Positions 11,165 to 25,653 of a stretch of DNA of 64,000 nucleotides are shown here, one piece after another. A program made the translations under genes and the position numbers. Each line of letters starts with the position of its first letter. Within the stretch, counting starts at the first letter, position 1. The notes under the pieces are model-generated. The model worked only from the letters and a program-made list of their open reading frames with translations, was not told where the DNA came from and did no database searches. Source of the DNA: Antedon mediterranea (lineage: Eukaryota > Animalia > Echinodermata); NCBI RefSeq assembly GCF_964355755.1, contig NC_092678.1, forward strand, positions 388,422-452,421, read 5' to 3'.

Positions 11165-14100
11165 AGATTGATTGGTTGAGATCCCGAACCAGCGCATGCG
11201 CAGTAACCAGTCATAGCGAACAGCGTACTAGCATCGTGTACAACACGTTGCTAATTTATGTGTGTAAAACAAACGTTTTCACGAAGTTTGCAGTCAATAT
11301 ATGCCTAGATACATAATTAATTATCTAGGTCATATTACCCAGATATGGCAGAATTGGAAGAATCAACATCAAAATCATCCCCGAAGGATCGGGAGGAGAT
11401 AATATTTGAGGGGAAGAAGCATACGAAACCAAAAGTAAAAAAGGCCTCCTCCTTGGTAACCGAGGGGAGACTGTGCGCGCTCGAGGAGCGCGCTGAGCAA
11501 ACAAACAACTTGCTACAGCAGCTTGTTCAGAACCTGAATGGGCCTAGGCCACAGGTTAGTTATGACAGCCAGGAAAGTTTTTCCGGCGATAATGATAGCT
11601 TGTCAGTAGATTCTAACTACTCAGGTTTCCATTCATGCAATACACCAAGAAACCAGACAAGCGATATTAATAATGATATTGATATTAATACTGTTTTCGA
11701 CGATGGTTTGGCCTTGGCTAAGCCTATGGCCCCACCTCCAGGTTTTGCTGCACGGTTTGCGTCAGCAGAGGAAACAGGACCTGAGATTACCAAGGAATTG
11801 TCAGACAGTATAACTTACTTGCTCCATTCTCCAATGGATGTGAGAATATACAACTGGAGCTTTCTAAAGCATATCTGGTTCCAGATAATGCAAAAGCACT
11901 AATAGTGCCCAAAGTAAACCCGACCCTGTGGGACGGGATATCCGGAAAATCAAGGTCTTTAGATCTGAAGTTTCAACGGATACAGAAGCCTCTCATAAAA
12001 GGCATCACAGCTCTAGCCCATGCATTGGGAAATGAGCATAATGAACGATCTCAAGATGCACTTGCCTTATTGGCAAATGCAAATTACGAGTTATTGGGAC
12101 TACGAAAAGAAGTCCTAAAACCGGAGATTAACAAGGATTATAGACATCTCTGTAAGCCGACTACAAAACCAACAGAATTTCTGTTCGGAAATTTAGGAAA
12201 ATCTGTAAAACGGCTTGATGAAGAGAGGAAGGCAACATCCGGACTCCTAAAGACCAACAATTGGGTCATTAATAACAATCTGAAATGAAGAGGTATGATA
12301 TACCAACTATTCATAATGAAATAGTGGGAGGTCGACTGAGGTCATACCTACCTGCTGGGAAAAAGCTCACTTCCGATCTATATATTTTAAATGCTGTCAC
12401 TGGCTATAAAATAGAATTTTGTAAACAAATTCCACAATATTTAAGAGGGAGAATTCCTCATCCATATAACCCGAGTGTTATAGAAATGGCTGCGATTGAT
12501 GAACAGGTCTTAAAATTACTGGATAAAGGAGTAATAAAGTCCTCTTATTACGAACCTGACCAATTTGTTTCTAATTTATTTGTAAGGCCAAAAAAGGATG
12601 GAGGTTTTCGAACTATCCTTGATCTCTCAAAGTTAAATGAGTATGTTGCCTACAGTACAGGACAGAATTATTGCAAAAATCCCAACGCATTCAACACGTT
12701 GTCGTTGCGTTGTGTTTGCGTTGCGTTGAACGGCTTTCAACGTTTAGTTGTTTATTCAACAAAAGTCATTATCAGCATGTCAAGTAAACAATTAGTTATT
12801 TCAACGCTAGCTGCTGCAGCACTAGACTGGCCGATTGCACGCCTGAACGATCAGTAACAACAACAGGCAAAATACCCATCGGCAGTCACTACCAGATATT
12901 TTAAGATAAATAAAATATATTTGAAGCTTAGATATATTTTTAAGTATTGAACGGACAGTTACCAAATAAAACACACAGTGATATTTCCCAGTGTTTAGTG
13001 AAGGAAAACATCGAATAATAAGGTCGATGCCAAGTCTAACAGTTAACACTGTACTGTAGGCCTTCCGGGGGAAAACACGATCTCACGTCGTAAAATCAAA
13101 CAACGTGGAAATTACTGACATCATCGACACACGAGGCCGCCACCCTGGTTTCCTCAAGAAAAACACCACGTGTGTTATGACGTATTTAACGATCGTTAAT
13201 GACGACGAAGTAATTAATTTTATTTAGGCCTACATTTTTTAGCTGTTCGAGATTCAAGAGATAAAGTTAAAATATTGTTTCTCTATTTTGGTTTTTATTT
13301 TATAATTGTCCCATTGTTTGTTGTAATGTAATTTGAAAGAACTAAAAAAATTGACGTGTCCGACACCCATCCATGAACCAATTTAAATCTTTATAAATCG
13401 AACAACATTACATTTTTAAGTACAACAAGCGTTTTGAATACGTTAACAATAGAGCGTGTTGAATGTGTTGAACCCGTTGACCGTTCATTGACGACGTTAA
13501 ACAATTGAATCGCATAGCGTTGAACGCGCATGGGTTACGTTAGGCATCACAATAATTAATTTATAATATAATACATGATAATGATATATTTATGGATAAT
13601 AATAAAACTAAACGATTTTTTCCCTTTTAATTATTACGCGTTATTTCATAATGAATGAACTCTTCACCTTTCGATCAGTTCGTCCCTCACGTCACGAAAA
13701 GCATGCGTGAAAAGGACGACGTCCGACGACCATGCTGGATCTTTATGTTGGTGGTGTATTGTTGCCTTCCATGGCGGCGGGTGTAGGCTACGTTGTTTTT
13801 ATAAATAATCGAGAAAAATGTAGTACAGTACTGCGAAGTTTTTAGTTTGGAAATAATTAATTACGATGTGACCTAGCCTCCAAGATTCACCGCCGCCTTA
13901 ACTTTGGTATTTAATACTCCAGTTAATATAGGCACACAGTAATTGAGGACATGACCACTACTTTTAACTGCGATGGCAGACGCGGCTCATATACACACGG
14001 GGCCTACTCGTTAGTAGTAGGCCTAGCCTAGTGTAATATATTAAGCTAGGTTTCCGCGGAAAAATACACATTATGTTTGTTTTCTTAAATATTTGTAATA

Positions 14101-15525
14101 CTGTATTTTATACTATTACTACTCTAATACACACTGGCAATCTGTAAATACCATACGAATCCGATTGTTCGTTATTTCAACGCAAACTCAACGCAACACA
14201 TTGTGTTGGTTGAATAAACAGTTCAACGAACTCAACACTTTCAACGCCAACGGACAACGCAGTTTCAACGCGTTGTCAACACTTTAACAATGCGTTGAAT
14301 GCGTTCAAAATCTGCAATAATTCTGTCCGGTACTGTACAAACATTTTAAGATGGAAACATTTTCAAATGCACTCACACTTATAGACCAAGGGGTATACAT
14401 GACCTCAGTTGACCTCAAAGATGCTTATTATACAGTTCCCATAGCATATTCAGACGTAAAGTACTTAAAGTTTGTCTGGAAAGGGAATCTTTATGCATTT
14501 GGGGCATTACCTAATGGCCTAAGCACAGGGCCAAGACTGTTTACGAAACTACTGAAGCCTCCACTAGCATATTTAAGAAGTAGAGGCCATATTGTCCTAA
14601 TTTATATTGACGATATACTTGCTATTAATAAGTGTCGAGACAAAGCAAAACACACAGCCAGAGAAGTTTGTGAAATCTTGACGTCATTGGGGTTCATTAT
14701 AAATTATAAAAAATCCGTATTACAGCCCACTCAAACAATAACCTTTTTAGGGTTTGAAATTAACTCAGTCACAATGACTGGTGTTACTCTCCCTCAATCA
14801 AAGAAAGAGGAGATATTTAATGAGTGTCATCAAGTAATTACCTCTGTCCAGACTACTATTAGACAGGTTGCAAGCCTGCTAGGGAAACTGGTAGCTGCAC
14901 TCCCAGCTGTGGAATATGGCAAATTACATTACAGGGCCCTTGAAAAAGGAAAAATTATGTCCCCGAGACACAATAAAGGCCACTATGACAGAACAATGAC
15001 CATTAATGAGAATGGCAGGGCCGACATTACCTGGTGGCAGCACAATATATATTATGTGTATAAACATATATCTCATGGCGACCCAAACCTTGCATTCGAA
15101 ACTGATGCTTCGGGTTTAGGGTGGGGAGCAACTGATGGCACTAATCACATTGGTGGGAGATGGTGCCAGAATGATTTACAAAATGCATTTGTAAATGATT
15201 CACTTAATATTAATTATTTGGAGTTACTGGCAGCTTTTCTCGGACTTAAGTCACTCATAAAAGATGTACCGGTATCTAATATACACGTCCAACTAAAAAT
15301 AGATAACACTACGGCAATAGCCTATATCAATAATATGGGAGGAGCAAAATCTAACACTTGCAACCATCTAGCAAAAATGATATGGCAATGGTGCACAGAC
15401 CATAACATATGGCTTTCTGCAATCCATGTTCCGGGGAAAGATAATTTAATTGCGGATAATAAATCACGTCACTTTGATGATGAGAAGGAATGGATGCTAA
15501 ATAAAGATTTGTTTCAAAAAATTAA
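11165..15525 (+). mobile_element. DIRS-type retrotransposon fragment, copy 2 (gag, RT, RNase H), interrupted by a MITE
   Basis: RT YIDD; RNase H TDASGLGWG, INYLELLA, IDNTTA, HVPGKDNLIAD..SR; no tyrosine recombinase. Confidence 0.92.
12653..14335. mobile_element. Non-autonomous Tc1/mariner-like element (1683 bp)
   Basis: TIR CAGTAC(A/C)GGACAGAATTATTGCA; TA duplication; empty site gcctacaaac in the other DIRS copies. Confidence 0.92.
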
Positions 15526-15829
15526 GACATTAAGAAACTCTTAAGTTGTTTTCGTTGTTGTTTTTCCAAACTACTTTATAAACGATGCATAAACCTATTC
15601 TCATCGTCCTAATGTACTGTACTATAAATTTTGATCTTGCTGACTAATTGTCGTAATCCATGACATGCATATAAAACGCTCAAGAGGGTGCGAGTTTGTT
15701 ACCTTAAAGAGTAGTATGGTTGATTGATAAATGCATGGAGTCAAATAATAAATAGTATTTTGATCTGGCTGACTGATTGCCGTATCAGTCGCACCCATAT
15801 AAAACGCTCAAGAGGGTTTGGGTGAGTAT

Positions 15830-17350
15830 CTCGGCGGTAATGTTCCCATTAGCTGATTCATTAATGAGATTCATTGCACTATTTCCTTTTGTACTTGGTA
15901 CAATTTCTTTTAAAGTTTTCCGTTCTATTATTAGCAATAGAAGAATGGAAATAATCTCTTAAGATGACGCCTCATATTGTTCAACATAATTCTATGTAAT
16001 TTATATATCTTGTGTATATGTTTGTCTTGTGAAATTATTAAATAGTTTATCCATCCTGTAATTGGCGGGTTACTCGCTGTTGGATGAGTATGAAATAAAA
16101 TAAAATAAAATTAAAATAAAATAAAATAATTTCCAGTCGAAAAGTTGCCTCATATCCTTCAACAAGTTTCAGTCAAAAAGTTCATTGCTGCATTTAACTT
16201 TTTGAGGTATGTGGCTTCCTGGCGCAAAGACAAATAGTCTTGATTTATCTATGGTGGTAATGTAGTCGAGACCTTGATTTTGAAGACCGGAGAATGCAAG
16301 TCGCAAATTTCATTGAATTTGGAATTAAAATAAAAAAGTGCCTGTTCACAATCCTTGGCAGAAGTTCCAGAGTGTGATAGCTAGATCAGACTGAAACCGT
16401 TCAAGATCAAAATGTCTGAAAGATTTGCCTTTCACTATGATAGGTGTTCTCTGGAAGTCTTGCGCACAGTTAGGACACAGTCATGATCACTGATGGTAGA
16501 TTGATCCAGGCAGATAGCAGAAGTAGAAGTGATTCTGGTTGGTTGATTTATCAGGCAATGCAGATTATACTGGTTAGTGAGCTGGTTGAATTTATACCAC
16601 AATTGGCCATTTTTGTCAAATGTGTTACAGTTAAAATCACCCAAACATATGATGACTTCGTAAAATTAGGAAAAAATATTGTCAAGTGAAGTTTCCATGA
16701 AATCAAAAAAAGCAATTGTGTTATCATGAGGATGATACACTACTCCAACCGCAAAAGGATTGAAATAGCCACTTCACTATCATCAATAAAATCACTAAGC
16801 CATGTTTCACTTATGGTCATAATGTTGTTCTGCTGCATTAGAATTGTAAGCTCGTCTACTTTGTGATAAAGCGGATCGCATGTTCAGGTGGGCTATGCAA
16901 ATTCCTTTGTGGGATTGCGAGCGATTAGTCAATGTTTCAAAATCATTAACAACGCCAGTAGAATTACTAACTGCTTGCTCGTCTTTAGCTAGACCCGGAT
17001 TAAATTCAATATCACCAGATAGAGTCAGATGCAATGTGCCATAATATGCCGTTTGTTTTTTGCTTCTATACTTGCGTTTTTATAGTTACATATATATCTG
17101 TATAGTCAAGGTATCCAAAGTACATGGCACTAGCTACGCAGACTAGTGTAGAATTGTGAAAAATGTAATACAGTATAATAATATACCGGGAAAAAATCCG
17201 TATAAAACAATACATTAGGACGATGACAATATGTTTATTATAAACATGGTGTGCGCATGCAAGATTTATATCTTTAAAAATCACCTCTCGTGAGAATGCT
17301 CTTCTCGCTGATCAATTTTGTGACCAGTAGATTGGAAATCTTCAATGCAT
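15830..17350 (-). mobile_element. LINE-B fragment, copy 2; copy 3 at ~25958-27460
   Basis: Same APE region as copy 1 plus a downstream piece RKTLKEIVPS..ITAEIL at ~15830-15925. Confidence 0.8.
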
Positions 17351-19014
17351 TTATCAACCATAATACTCTTTTTAATTTAGCAAACCCAAACCCTCTTAAG
17401 TACTTAAAAAAATTCAAAATCTAACATAGCCTAATCTTCTGAACAACAACACAACAACTTACTGCAGATTTTGTCAAAAACCTTTTTTTGCTCAAATGTT
17501 AAAAAAGCGAATCCACACTTCTTGCCCAATTTCTGCTCCGGTGGAATGTATACAGATTTGATTTTTCCATACAGTTCTGCCACTCTTCTTGATAACATTT
17601 TCTCAAACAGTCTAGACTCTTCAATGAGCGGCATTGTCATTAGTGACGCAACTGATCACCTTCCCGTTTTCACTGTGAACATTACTAATTCAAGTAAGTC
17701 TACAGACAAAGTGAAGCGTAAATTTAGAAAATTTAATGAAAACAATATTCCCCTACACAGGTCTCCGCGTGCGTGTGACGTGCCAAGCCAGCTTGATAGA
17801 GAAAGCATGCAGCTCACGCAAGTGCATGATGCAATGGTTGAGTGAATTCTGGGATCATCTTAATTCCATGGTTTGTTACCTAAACACCACATGATGGTGA
17901 ATATGCCTGTTAAAGTCTCAATGATACGATCCCTTAATGTACCATGTTGTTGCTAGGAGGCTTGAAAGGAGGAGGGATCTAGCCTAGTCGTCGGCAAGAG
18001 AATGCCGTTCTCTGACAATTTAAGGTCGGCAATTGAAATTCGTGGGCTGGAAATTACACCAAATTATATAGTTACATAAGAGAATAGCCGAAAATGCGAT
18101 TTGCAGCCACATAAACAAAAAAAAATTCAAGGGTATGGTTCCACTAAACAACTTATCCACCCCACCGTCAAACCTGGATACGGCCCTGAATACATTATCC
18201 TGTTTTCTTTAGCAGGTCAATATGGAAACAATGAACGTGGTGTGGCCGTTACTGGAGGTGGTAGTGGTGTGGCTACAGGGAATATGACTGCAGGGAATAT
18301 GGCTGGAGGCAATATGGCTGGAGGCGATATGGCTGGAGGCGATACACAGAGATCGATTATGATGTAAGGAACAATTCTCTAGAAAAAAATAATGTACCTA
18401 AATCAAGATTTTAGGAGAATTACTGTCTTTGCAGATTGTAGTTTTAGCATAGCAAAATATTTTAGCTTTCGCTAAATTGTTAGTTAGACTCCTCCAAAAC
18501 GCATGTGAGTAATTTTAGTCTCTATCCCACCAAAGTATCAGGACACGATTTTAGACACTTACTGAACTTACTCACATGCATCAAAATAACAGAGGTGGTA
18601 CACCATATAATACCGGTAAGTAACCCTCTATCACTGTTTAATGTTCAGGGAATGCTGGTATGTCTTGTGGAGGCGGTGGTGCAAACGTCAGTAATTTTGG
18701 ATTCGGACCAATGACAGGTAATCAGCAGTACATTAACAGAGGTGGTACACCATACAATACCGGTAAGTAATGTTAAACTGTGCTCTCACTGTAATACTGT
18801 ACACAAAGTAAAACAAAGTGAATGGGCAACCCCAATTGGGCCTAAAATCTCTGTAGATCTTGGATTTAGACTTTTGGTTGCTTTATATAGACAATCATGG
18901 TAGGCACACAGGTCTATAAGCTTCATATCTTTTTACATCAGCTGAGTTTTAGGCTCTCGTATTTATTGGTACTATTTACTGATCTCTTCAAACGAACTGT
19001 CGAAGCTAGCCCTA

Positions 19015-19848
19015 ATGGCCGCAAACACGAAGGAAACTCCCGCCGCGACGGGCACAACAACAAGACAATCAAAACAAACCCGTCTGTCAATGTCGGAAGT
19101 TATGAATAGTCCAGATATGGTTCTATTCATTGAAGATATCATTAAAAAGGCGTTCCAGGGACCAACGATTGCTGATATTATTGGTAAGCTAGTACTGGAT
19201 TCTTTCTCAAGTAAGAAATTCATGGAGTTATTTAATAGAAGTATCATGGTTACCATGGAAACTACCTTAAACAGAATTGATAAGTTAGAAGGCGAATACT
19301 ACGATCTTGAAAACAAAATTTCAAATATTGAATCTGAGTCGGAATCTATTAGTTCTTATGTAGACGAAATAAAAACTGTAATACATAAGCAAAATGAATT
19401 AATAGATGACCTTGAGCAATACTCTCGACGAAACAGCGTCAGAGTTTTTGGAATTCCAGAAACCGATAAAGAAAGCACTGACGAAATCATATGCAAATTA
19501 GCCAGCAGTAAGCTTGGAGTCGATGTAAACAAACTTGACATCGATCGATCACACCGTACTGGACCACGGAACTCAACTTCACGGCGACCTAGACCCATTC
19601 TAGTCAAGTTTACCTCATACAGGACCAGGAAAAGTGTTTTAATATCACGTAGGAAACTGAAAGGTAGTGGAGTATCTATACAAGAGGATCTGACTCAAGC
19701 TAAACGCAATCTACTTGCCCAAGTTAAACAGAACTCTAAATCAAACAACGTTTGGTCAATTGATGGGCGTGTATTTGCATCTGTAAACAAGAATGGCCGT
19801 GAAGTGGTGGTCAACATATCTTGCCAAGACGACATTAAGAAACTCTAA
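19015..19848 (+). CDS. LINE-A ORF1, copy 2, intact
   Basis: Protein identical to that of 2953-3786. Confidence 0.9.
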   Translation: MAANTKETPAATGTTTRQSKQTRLSMSEVMNSPDMVLFIEDIIKKAFQGPTIADIIGKLVLDSFSSKKFMELFNRSIMVTMETTLNRIDKLEGEYYDLENKISNIESESESISSYVDEIKTVIHKQNELIDDLEQYSRRNSVRVFGIPETDKESTDEIICKLASSKLGVDVNKLDIDRSHRTGPRNSTSRRPRPILVKFTSYRTRKSVLISRRKLKGSGVSIQEDLTQAKRNLLAQVKQNSKSNNVWSIDGRVFASVNKNGREVVVNISCQDDIKKL

Positions 19849-20391
19849 GTTGTTTTCGTTGTTTGTTTTTTCTCATTAATACACGTTTATAAAGTGATGT
19901 AATTTATTGTTCCATTAATACTCATTGTTTATATTTATCATACTTTTGGGGTTTTTTTGGGATATTATTGGAGATTATTTATCTACTTCATTTGATATTA
20001 TAAAATGAATGCTATGTTTGTATTTTCAGATACGAATGAATATCAGCTTTCGAAAATAATCAATTATGCAAGTAATCGAATTACAAATAATGCATTAATA
20101 CATATTTACAATATTTTAATTTAAACTTAGATAATCAACTCAATTATTATTGATACAATTTTACCCAACAGCACCATACTGCTGTATAACCTATTTCATG
20201 TGATATAATGTGTATATATGTATATATAAGAGAAAAGTTGCTATTTTCAAATGTTGTTTTTTAAAGTTACTCACTTCTTAATGTTGATAGTTAATAGACT
20301 TGTGAGTTATGTTATGTACTGTAATTCAAGCTCTAAGCTTTAAGCTTTTTTATTATTCAAATCTAACTATTTTTATTTGTTTGTTAATAAT

Positions 20392-21817
20392 ATGGAAGCA
20401 CAATACCAAAATAATAACCATGACCGACTCTCTAATTTAGTTTTTAACCCCTCTACACACAGTAGACAATTCGACGATATAGACCCAGATAATTTTTTTA
20501 ATGACATAAATATCTCAAATTATTACCTGCCAAATGAATTTAACACTCAGTTTATTGACAAAACCCAATTTAACTTTTCTTGTGTCCATTTTAATGCCAG
20601 AAGCCTGCAAAAAAATTTTGATTCTATCTATGATTGCATTCAATCTTTAAACTTTAATTTCAATATTATTTCAATTACAGAAACATGGATGGATCACCCA
20701 AGCCCACTTATTCAGATACCCAACTATACATTTCTTTGCAATCCTCGTTCATATAAATGTGGAGGAACTGGAATTTTTGTAAATGATAATACACGCTATT
20801 CAATCAGAGATGATTTAACTTCTACTCAATACTTCTGTGAATCACAATTTATTGAAGTGCATACAGACAAAGAATCTATTCTAATAGGTACTATATATAG
20901 ACCTCACGAAATTAATATGCCTTTTTTTACAGAACAACTTGAACTTCTTTAAAAACAAATATCTAGAGAGAAAAAAAAGGTATTTCTTTTAGGTGATTTT
21001 AATGTCGATATTTTAAAATTTGATTCAAATAATAATGTAAATGATTTTGTCCATTGTCTATTTAACAATTCTTTTTATCCTCTTATCCACAGACCCACAA
21101 GAATAACTCCCAGAAATATTCTCCGATAATGGTCCTCAATTCCAGCGAGAGTATGATGAATTTTGCGCTGAATGGGGCATTGATCATACCACGAGTAGCC
21201 CAGGAGATCCTCAGTCAAACGGGTTCATTGAGCGACAAGTTCGTTACATAAAACCCATCATAAAAAAATGTTTAAAAACCGGCGGAGATATTAACAAAGC
21301 ACTATTGAATGTTAGAGCTACATCATTGGACACATGTGTACCAAGTCCGGCTGAACTGATGTTTAATCGACCTATACCAACATTAACACCAAGTCGTCAA
21401 GCAGCAAACAACTCGCAACAAGAAGAATATTGTAGAAAACTGCAACAAGCTACGCAGCGACAAAAAGAATATGCAGATAAAAACACTCATGAACTCCCAC
21501 CTATTCCTGATGGAAGCAATGTTCGAGTTTATGATAAGTCCACAAAGCAATGGAAACCTGCGACGACTGTGGAAAAGTGTGTCCAACCAAGATCATATAT
21601 TATACAAGCGGAAAATGGAAATCTGCTGAGACGAAATCGCGTACATTTGAGGAAGGTACCTCAACAGAATGCCCAAATCAATGGTAGCACAGCACCTGAA
21701 AATGTTGTACCAACCTGGCAACCGATAGACCAAAATCCGTCTATTCTGAATATGAGTAACACGCGCTCTAAGAGAAGTGTGAAACCTCCTACGCGTTTAA
21801 TTGAAACAAAAGAGTGA
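20392..21817 (+). mobile_element. LINE-A APE fused to Gypsy integrase fragment, plain-unit copy
   Basis: Same as 4330-5755. Confidence 0.9.
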
Positions 21818-22979
21818 TTTTGGACTGTAACGTGATCTACAAGTTTAAAATGTATGTTCAATACCACGGATTGTTAAAGTTGCAGTTCTAGGAAGTTATG
21901 AAACAAGTTGTGTTTTTGAAGTTTTTATTTTTGAACATTTGAACGTTTATAGTTAATACAGTTTGGAACTTTTTGGACAATTACGGACACCGAAACCATA
22001 TAACCATAGCAACGCTACTGGCACTAAGGGCAGTTCTAATACAACGCCATGTTTGAAAATAATACCAATTAATAGATATATATTAAACATCAAAATAATC
22101 AGTAAAACGTGTCTGACAATCATTAAAGAGGCGTAGCCTAGATTTCATAACAATACATCGTAGGCTACGAACAATACTTCGTAGGCTAAGAACAATGCAT
22201 CGTAGGCTACGAACAATGCATCGTAGGCTACGAACAATACATCGTAGGCTACAAACAATACATCGTAGGAGAGAACAATACATCGTAGGCTACAAACATT
22301 ACATCGTAGGCTACAAACAATACATCGTAGGAGAGAACAATGACCTACGTTCTACCTACGATCTACCTACGCGTAGATACGAAGCAGTAATTTCTTTCTG
22401 TACTGTAAAGACACACTGGAAGGCTTATTGTGGATTGATAACTTTAGACAAATACAATTAGATCAAATCATGAGACAAAAGGAAGATAACGAATGAAGTT
22501 AATGAATGGAATAAGAAAATGTTGCATGAAACCTGTACGAATATTATATGCATTCAAGCAGAAGATATTGTAGTTAACAGCAAGAAAGAACACGTTAAGT
22601 GCGAAACACCTCGGAAATCACGTAAAACTAATTTATTAAATTATTTGTGGATTGCACAAATGGATGTATGGGATATGTTGAAGAAATAACCAAGCATTAT
22701 CAAACAAAAAACCAATATCTATTAAAGTGAATTTTGACAACAATGAAATTGGTATTCAGTTAATTGAAATGTTTCAAGCTATTGGCAAAAAATACAGCCG
22801 AAAGCAATTTCCTCTCAAATTAGCTTATGCATGTACAGTTCATAAAGTGCAGGAAATAACAATGAATAAAAGGCATCAGTTAGCTTTAAAAATACTTTTG
22901 TGCCTGGACAAGCATACGTACAAATGATGAGCTGTTGATACAGTATTTCTCCAAATATGGGGAAATTATTGAAATAAGA

Positions 22980-25653
22980 GATTGATTGGTTGAGATCCCG
23001 AACCAGCGCATGCGCAGTAACCAGTCATAGCGAACAGCGTACTAGCATCGTGTACAACACGTTGCTAATTTATGTGTGTAAAACAAACGTTTTCACGAAG
23101 TTTGCAGTCAATATATGCCTAGATACATAATTAATTATCTAGGTCATATTACCCAGATATGGCAGAATTGGAAGAATCAACATCAAAATCATCCCCGAAG
23201 GATCGGGAGGAGATAATATTTGAGGGGAAGAAGCATACGAAACCAAAAGTAAAAAAGGCCTCCTCCTTGGTAACCGAGGGGAGACTGTGCGCGCTCGAGG
23301 AGCGCGCTGAGCAAACAAACAACTTGCTACAGCAGCTTGTTCAGAACCTGAATGGGCCTAGGCCACAGGTTAGTTATGACAGCCAGGAAAGTTTTTCCGG
23401 CGATAATGATAGCTTGTCAGTAGATTCTAACTACTCAGGTTTCCATTCATGCAATACACCAAGAAACCAGACAAGCGATATTAATAATGATATTGATATT
23501 AATACTGTTTTCGACGATGGTTTGGCCTTGGCTAAGCCTATGGCCCCACCTCCAGGTTTTGCTGCACGGTTTGCGTCAGCAGAGGAAACAGGACCTGAGA
23601 TTACCAAGGAATTGTCAGACAGTATAACTTACTTGCTCCATTCTCCAATGGATGAGAATATACAACTGGAGCTTTCTAAAGCATATCTGGTTCCAGATAA
23701 TGCAAAAGCACTAATAGTGCCCAAAGTAAACCCGACCCTGTGGGACGGGATATCCGGAAAATCAAGGTCTTTAGATCTGAAGTTTCAACGGATACAGAAG
23801 CCTCTCATAAAAGGCATCACAGCTCTAGCCCATGCATTGGGAAATGAGCATAATGAACGATCTCAAGATGCACTTGCCTTATTGGCAAATGCAAATTACG
23901 AGTTATTGGGACTACGAAAAGAAGTCCTAAAACCGGAGATTAACAAGGATTATAGACATCTCTGTAAGCCGACTACAAAACCAACAGAATTTCTGTTCGG
24001 AAATTTAGGAAAATCTGTAAAACGGCTTGATGAAGAGAGGAAGGCAACATCCGGACTCCTAAAGACCAACAATTGGGTCATTAATAACAATCTGAAATGA
24101 AGAGGTATGATATACCAACTATTCATAATGAAATAGTGGGAGGTCGACTGAGGTCATACCTACCTGCTGGGAAAAAGCTCACTTCCGATCTATATATTTT
24201 AAATGCTGTCACTGGCTATAAAATAGAATTTTGTAAACAAATTCCACAATATTTAGGAGGGAGAATTCCTCATCCATATAACCCGAGTGTTATAGAAATG
24301 GCTGCGATTGATGAACAGGTCTTAAAATTACTGGATAAAGGAGTAATAAAGTCCTCTTATTACGAACCTGACTTATTTGTTTCTAATTTATTTGTAAGGC
24401 CAAAAAAGGATGGAGGTTTTCGAACTATCCTTGATCTCTCAAAGTTAAATGAGTATGTTGCCTACAAACATTTTAAGATGGAAACATTTTCAAATGCACT
24501 CACACTTATAGACCAAGGGGTATACATGACCTCAGTTGACCTCAAAGATGCTTATTATACAGTTCCCATAGCATATTCAGACGTAAAGTACTTAAAGTTT
24601 GTCTGGAAAGGGAATCTTTATGCATTTGGGGCATTACCTAATTGGCCTAAGCACAGGGCCAAGACTGTTTACGAAACTACTGAAGCCTCCACTAGCATAT
24701 TTAAGAAGTAGAGGCCATATTGTCCTAATTTATATTGACGATATACTTGCTATTAATAAGTGTCGAGACAAAGCAAAACACACAGCCAGAGAAGTTTGTG
24801 AAATCTTGACGTCATTGGGGTTCATTATAAATTATAAAAAATCCGTATTACAGCCCACTCAAACAATAACCTTTTTAGGGTTTGAAATTAACTCAGTCAC
24901 AATGACTGGTGTTACTCTCCCTCAATCAAAGAAAGAGGAGATATTTAATGAGTGTCATCAAGTAATTACCTCTGTCCAGACTACTATTAGACAGGTTGCA
25001 AGCCTGCTAGGGAAACTGGTAGCTGCACTCCCAGCTGTGGAATATGGCAAATTACATTACAGGGCCCTTGAAAAAGGAAAAATTATGTCCCTGAGACACA
25101 ATAAAGGCCACTATGACAGAACAATGACCATTAATGAGAATGGCAGGGCCGACATTACCTGGTGGCAGCACAATATGTATTATGTGTATAAACATATATC
25201 TCATGGCGACCCAAACCTTGCATTCGAAACTGATGCTTCGGGTTTAGGGTGGGGAGCAACTGATGGCACTAATCACATTGGTGGGAGATGGTGCCAGAAT
25301 GATTTACAAAATGCATTTGTAAATGATTCACTTAATATTAATTATTTGGAGTTACTGGCAGCTTTTCTCGGACTTAAGTCACTCATAAAAGATGTACCGG
25401 TATCTAATATACACGTCCAACTAAAAATAGATAACACTACGGCAATAGCCTATATCAATAATATGGGAGGAGCAAAATCTAACACTTGCAACCATCTAGC
25501 AAAAATGATATGGCAATGGTGCACAGACCATAACATATGGCTTTCTGCAATCCATGTTCCGGGGAAAGATAATTTAATTGCGGATAATAAATCACGTCAC
25601 TTTGATGATGAGAAGGAATGGATGCTAAATAAAGATTTGTTTCAAAAAATTAA
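22980..25653 (+). mobile_element. DIRS-type fragment, copy 3: intact gag-like ORF 23159-24100; RT-RNaseH with a +1 frameshift near 24641
   Basis: 313-aa ORF1; RT split into ORFs 24097-24711 and 24599-25672. Confidence 0.92.
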
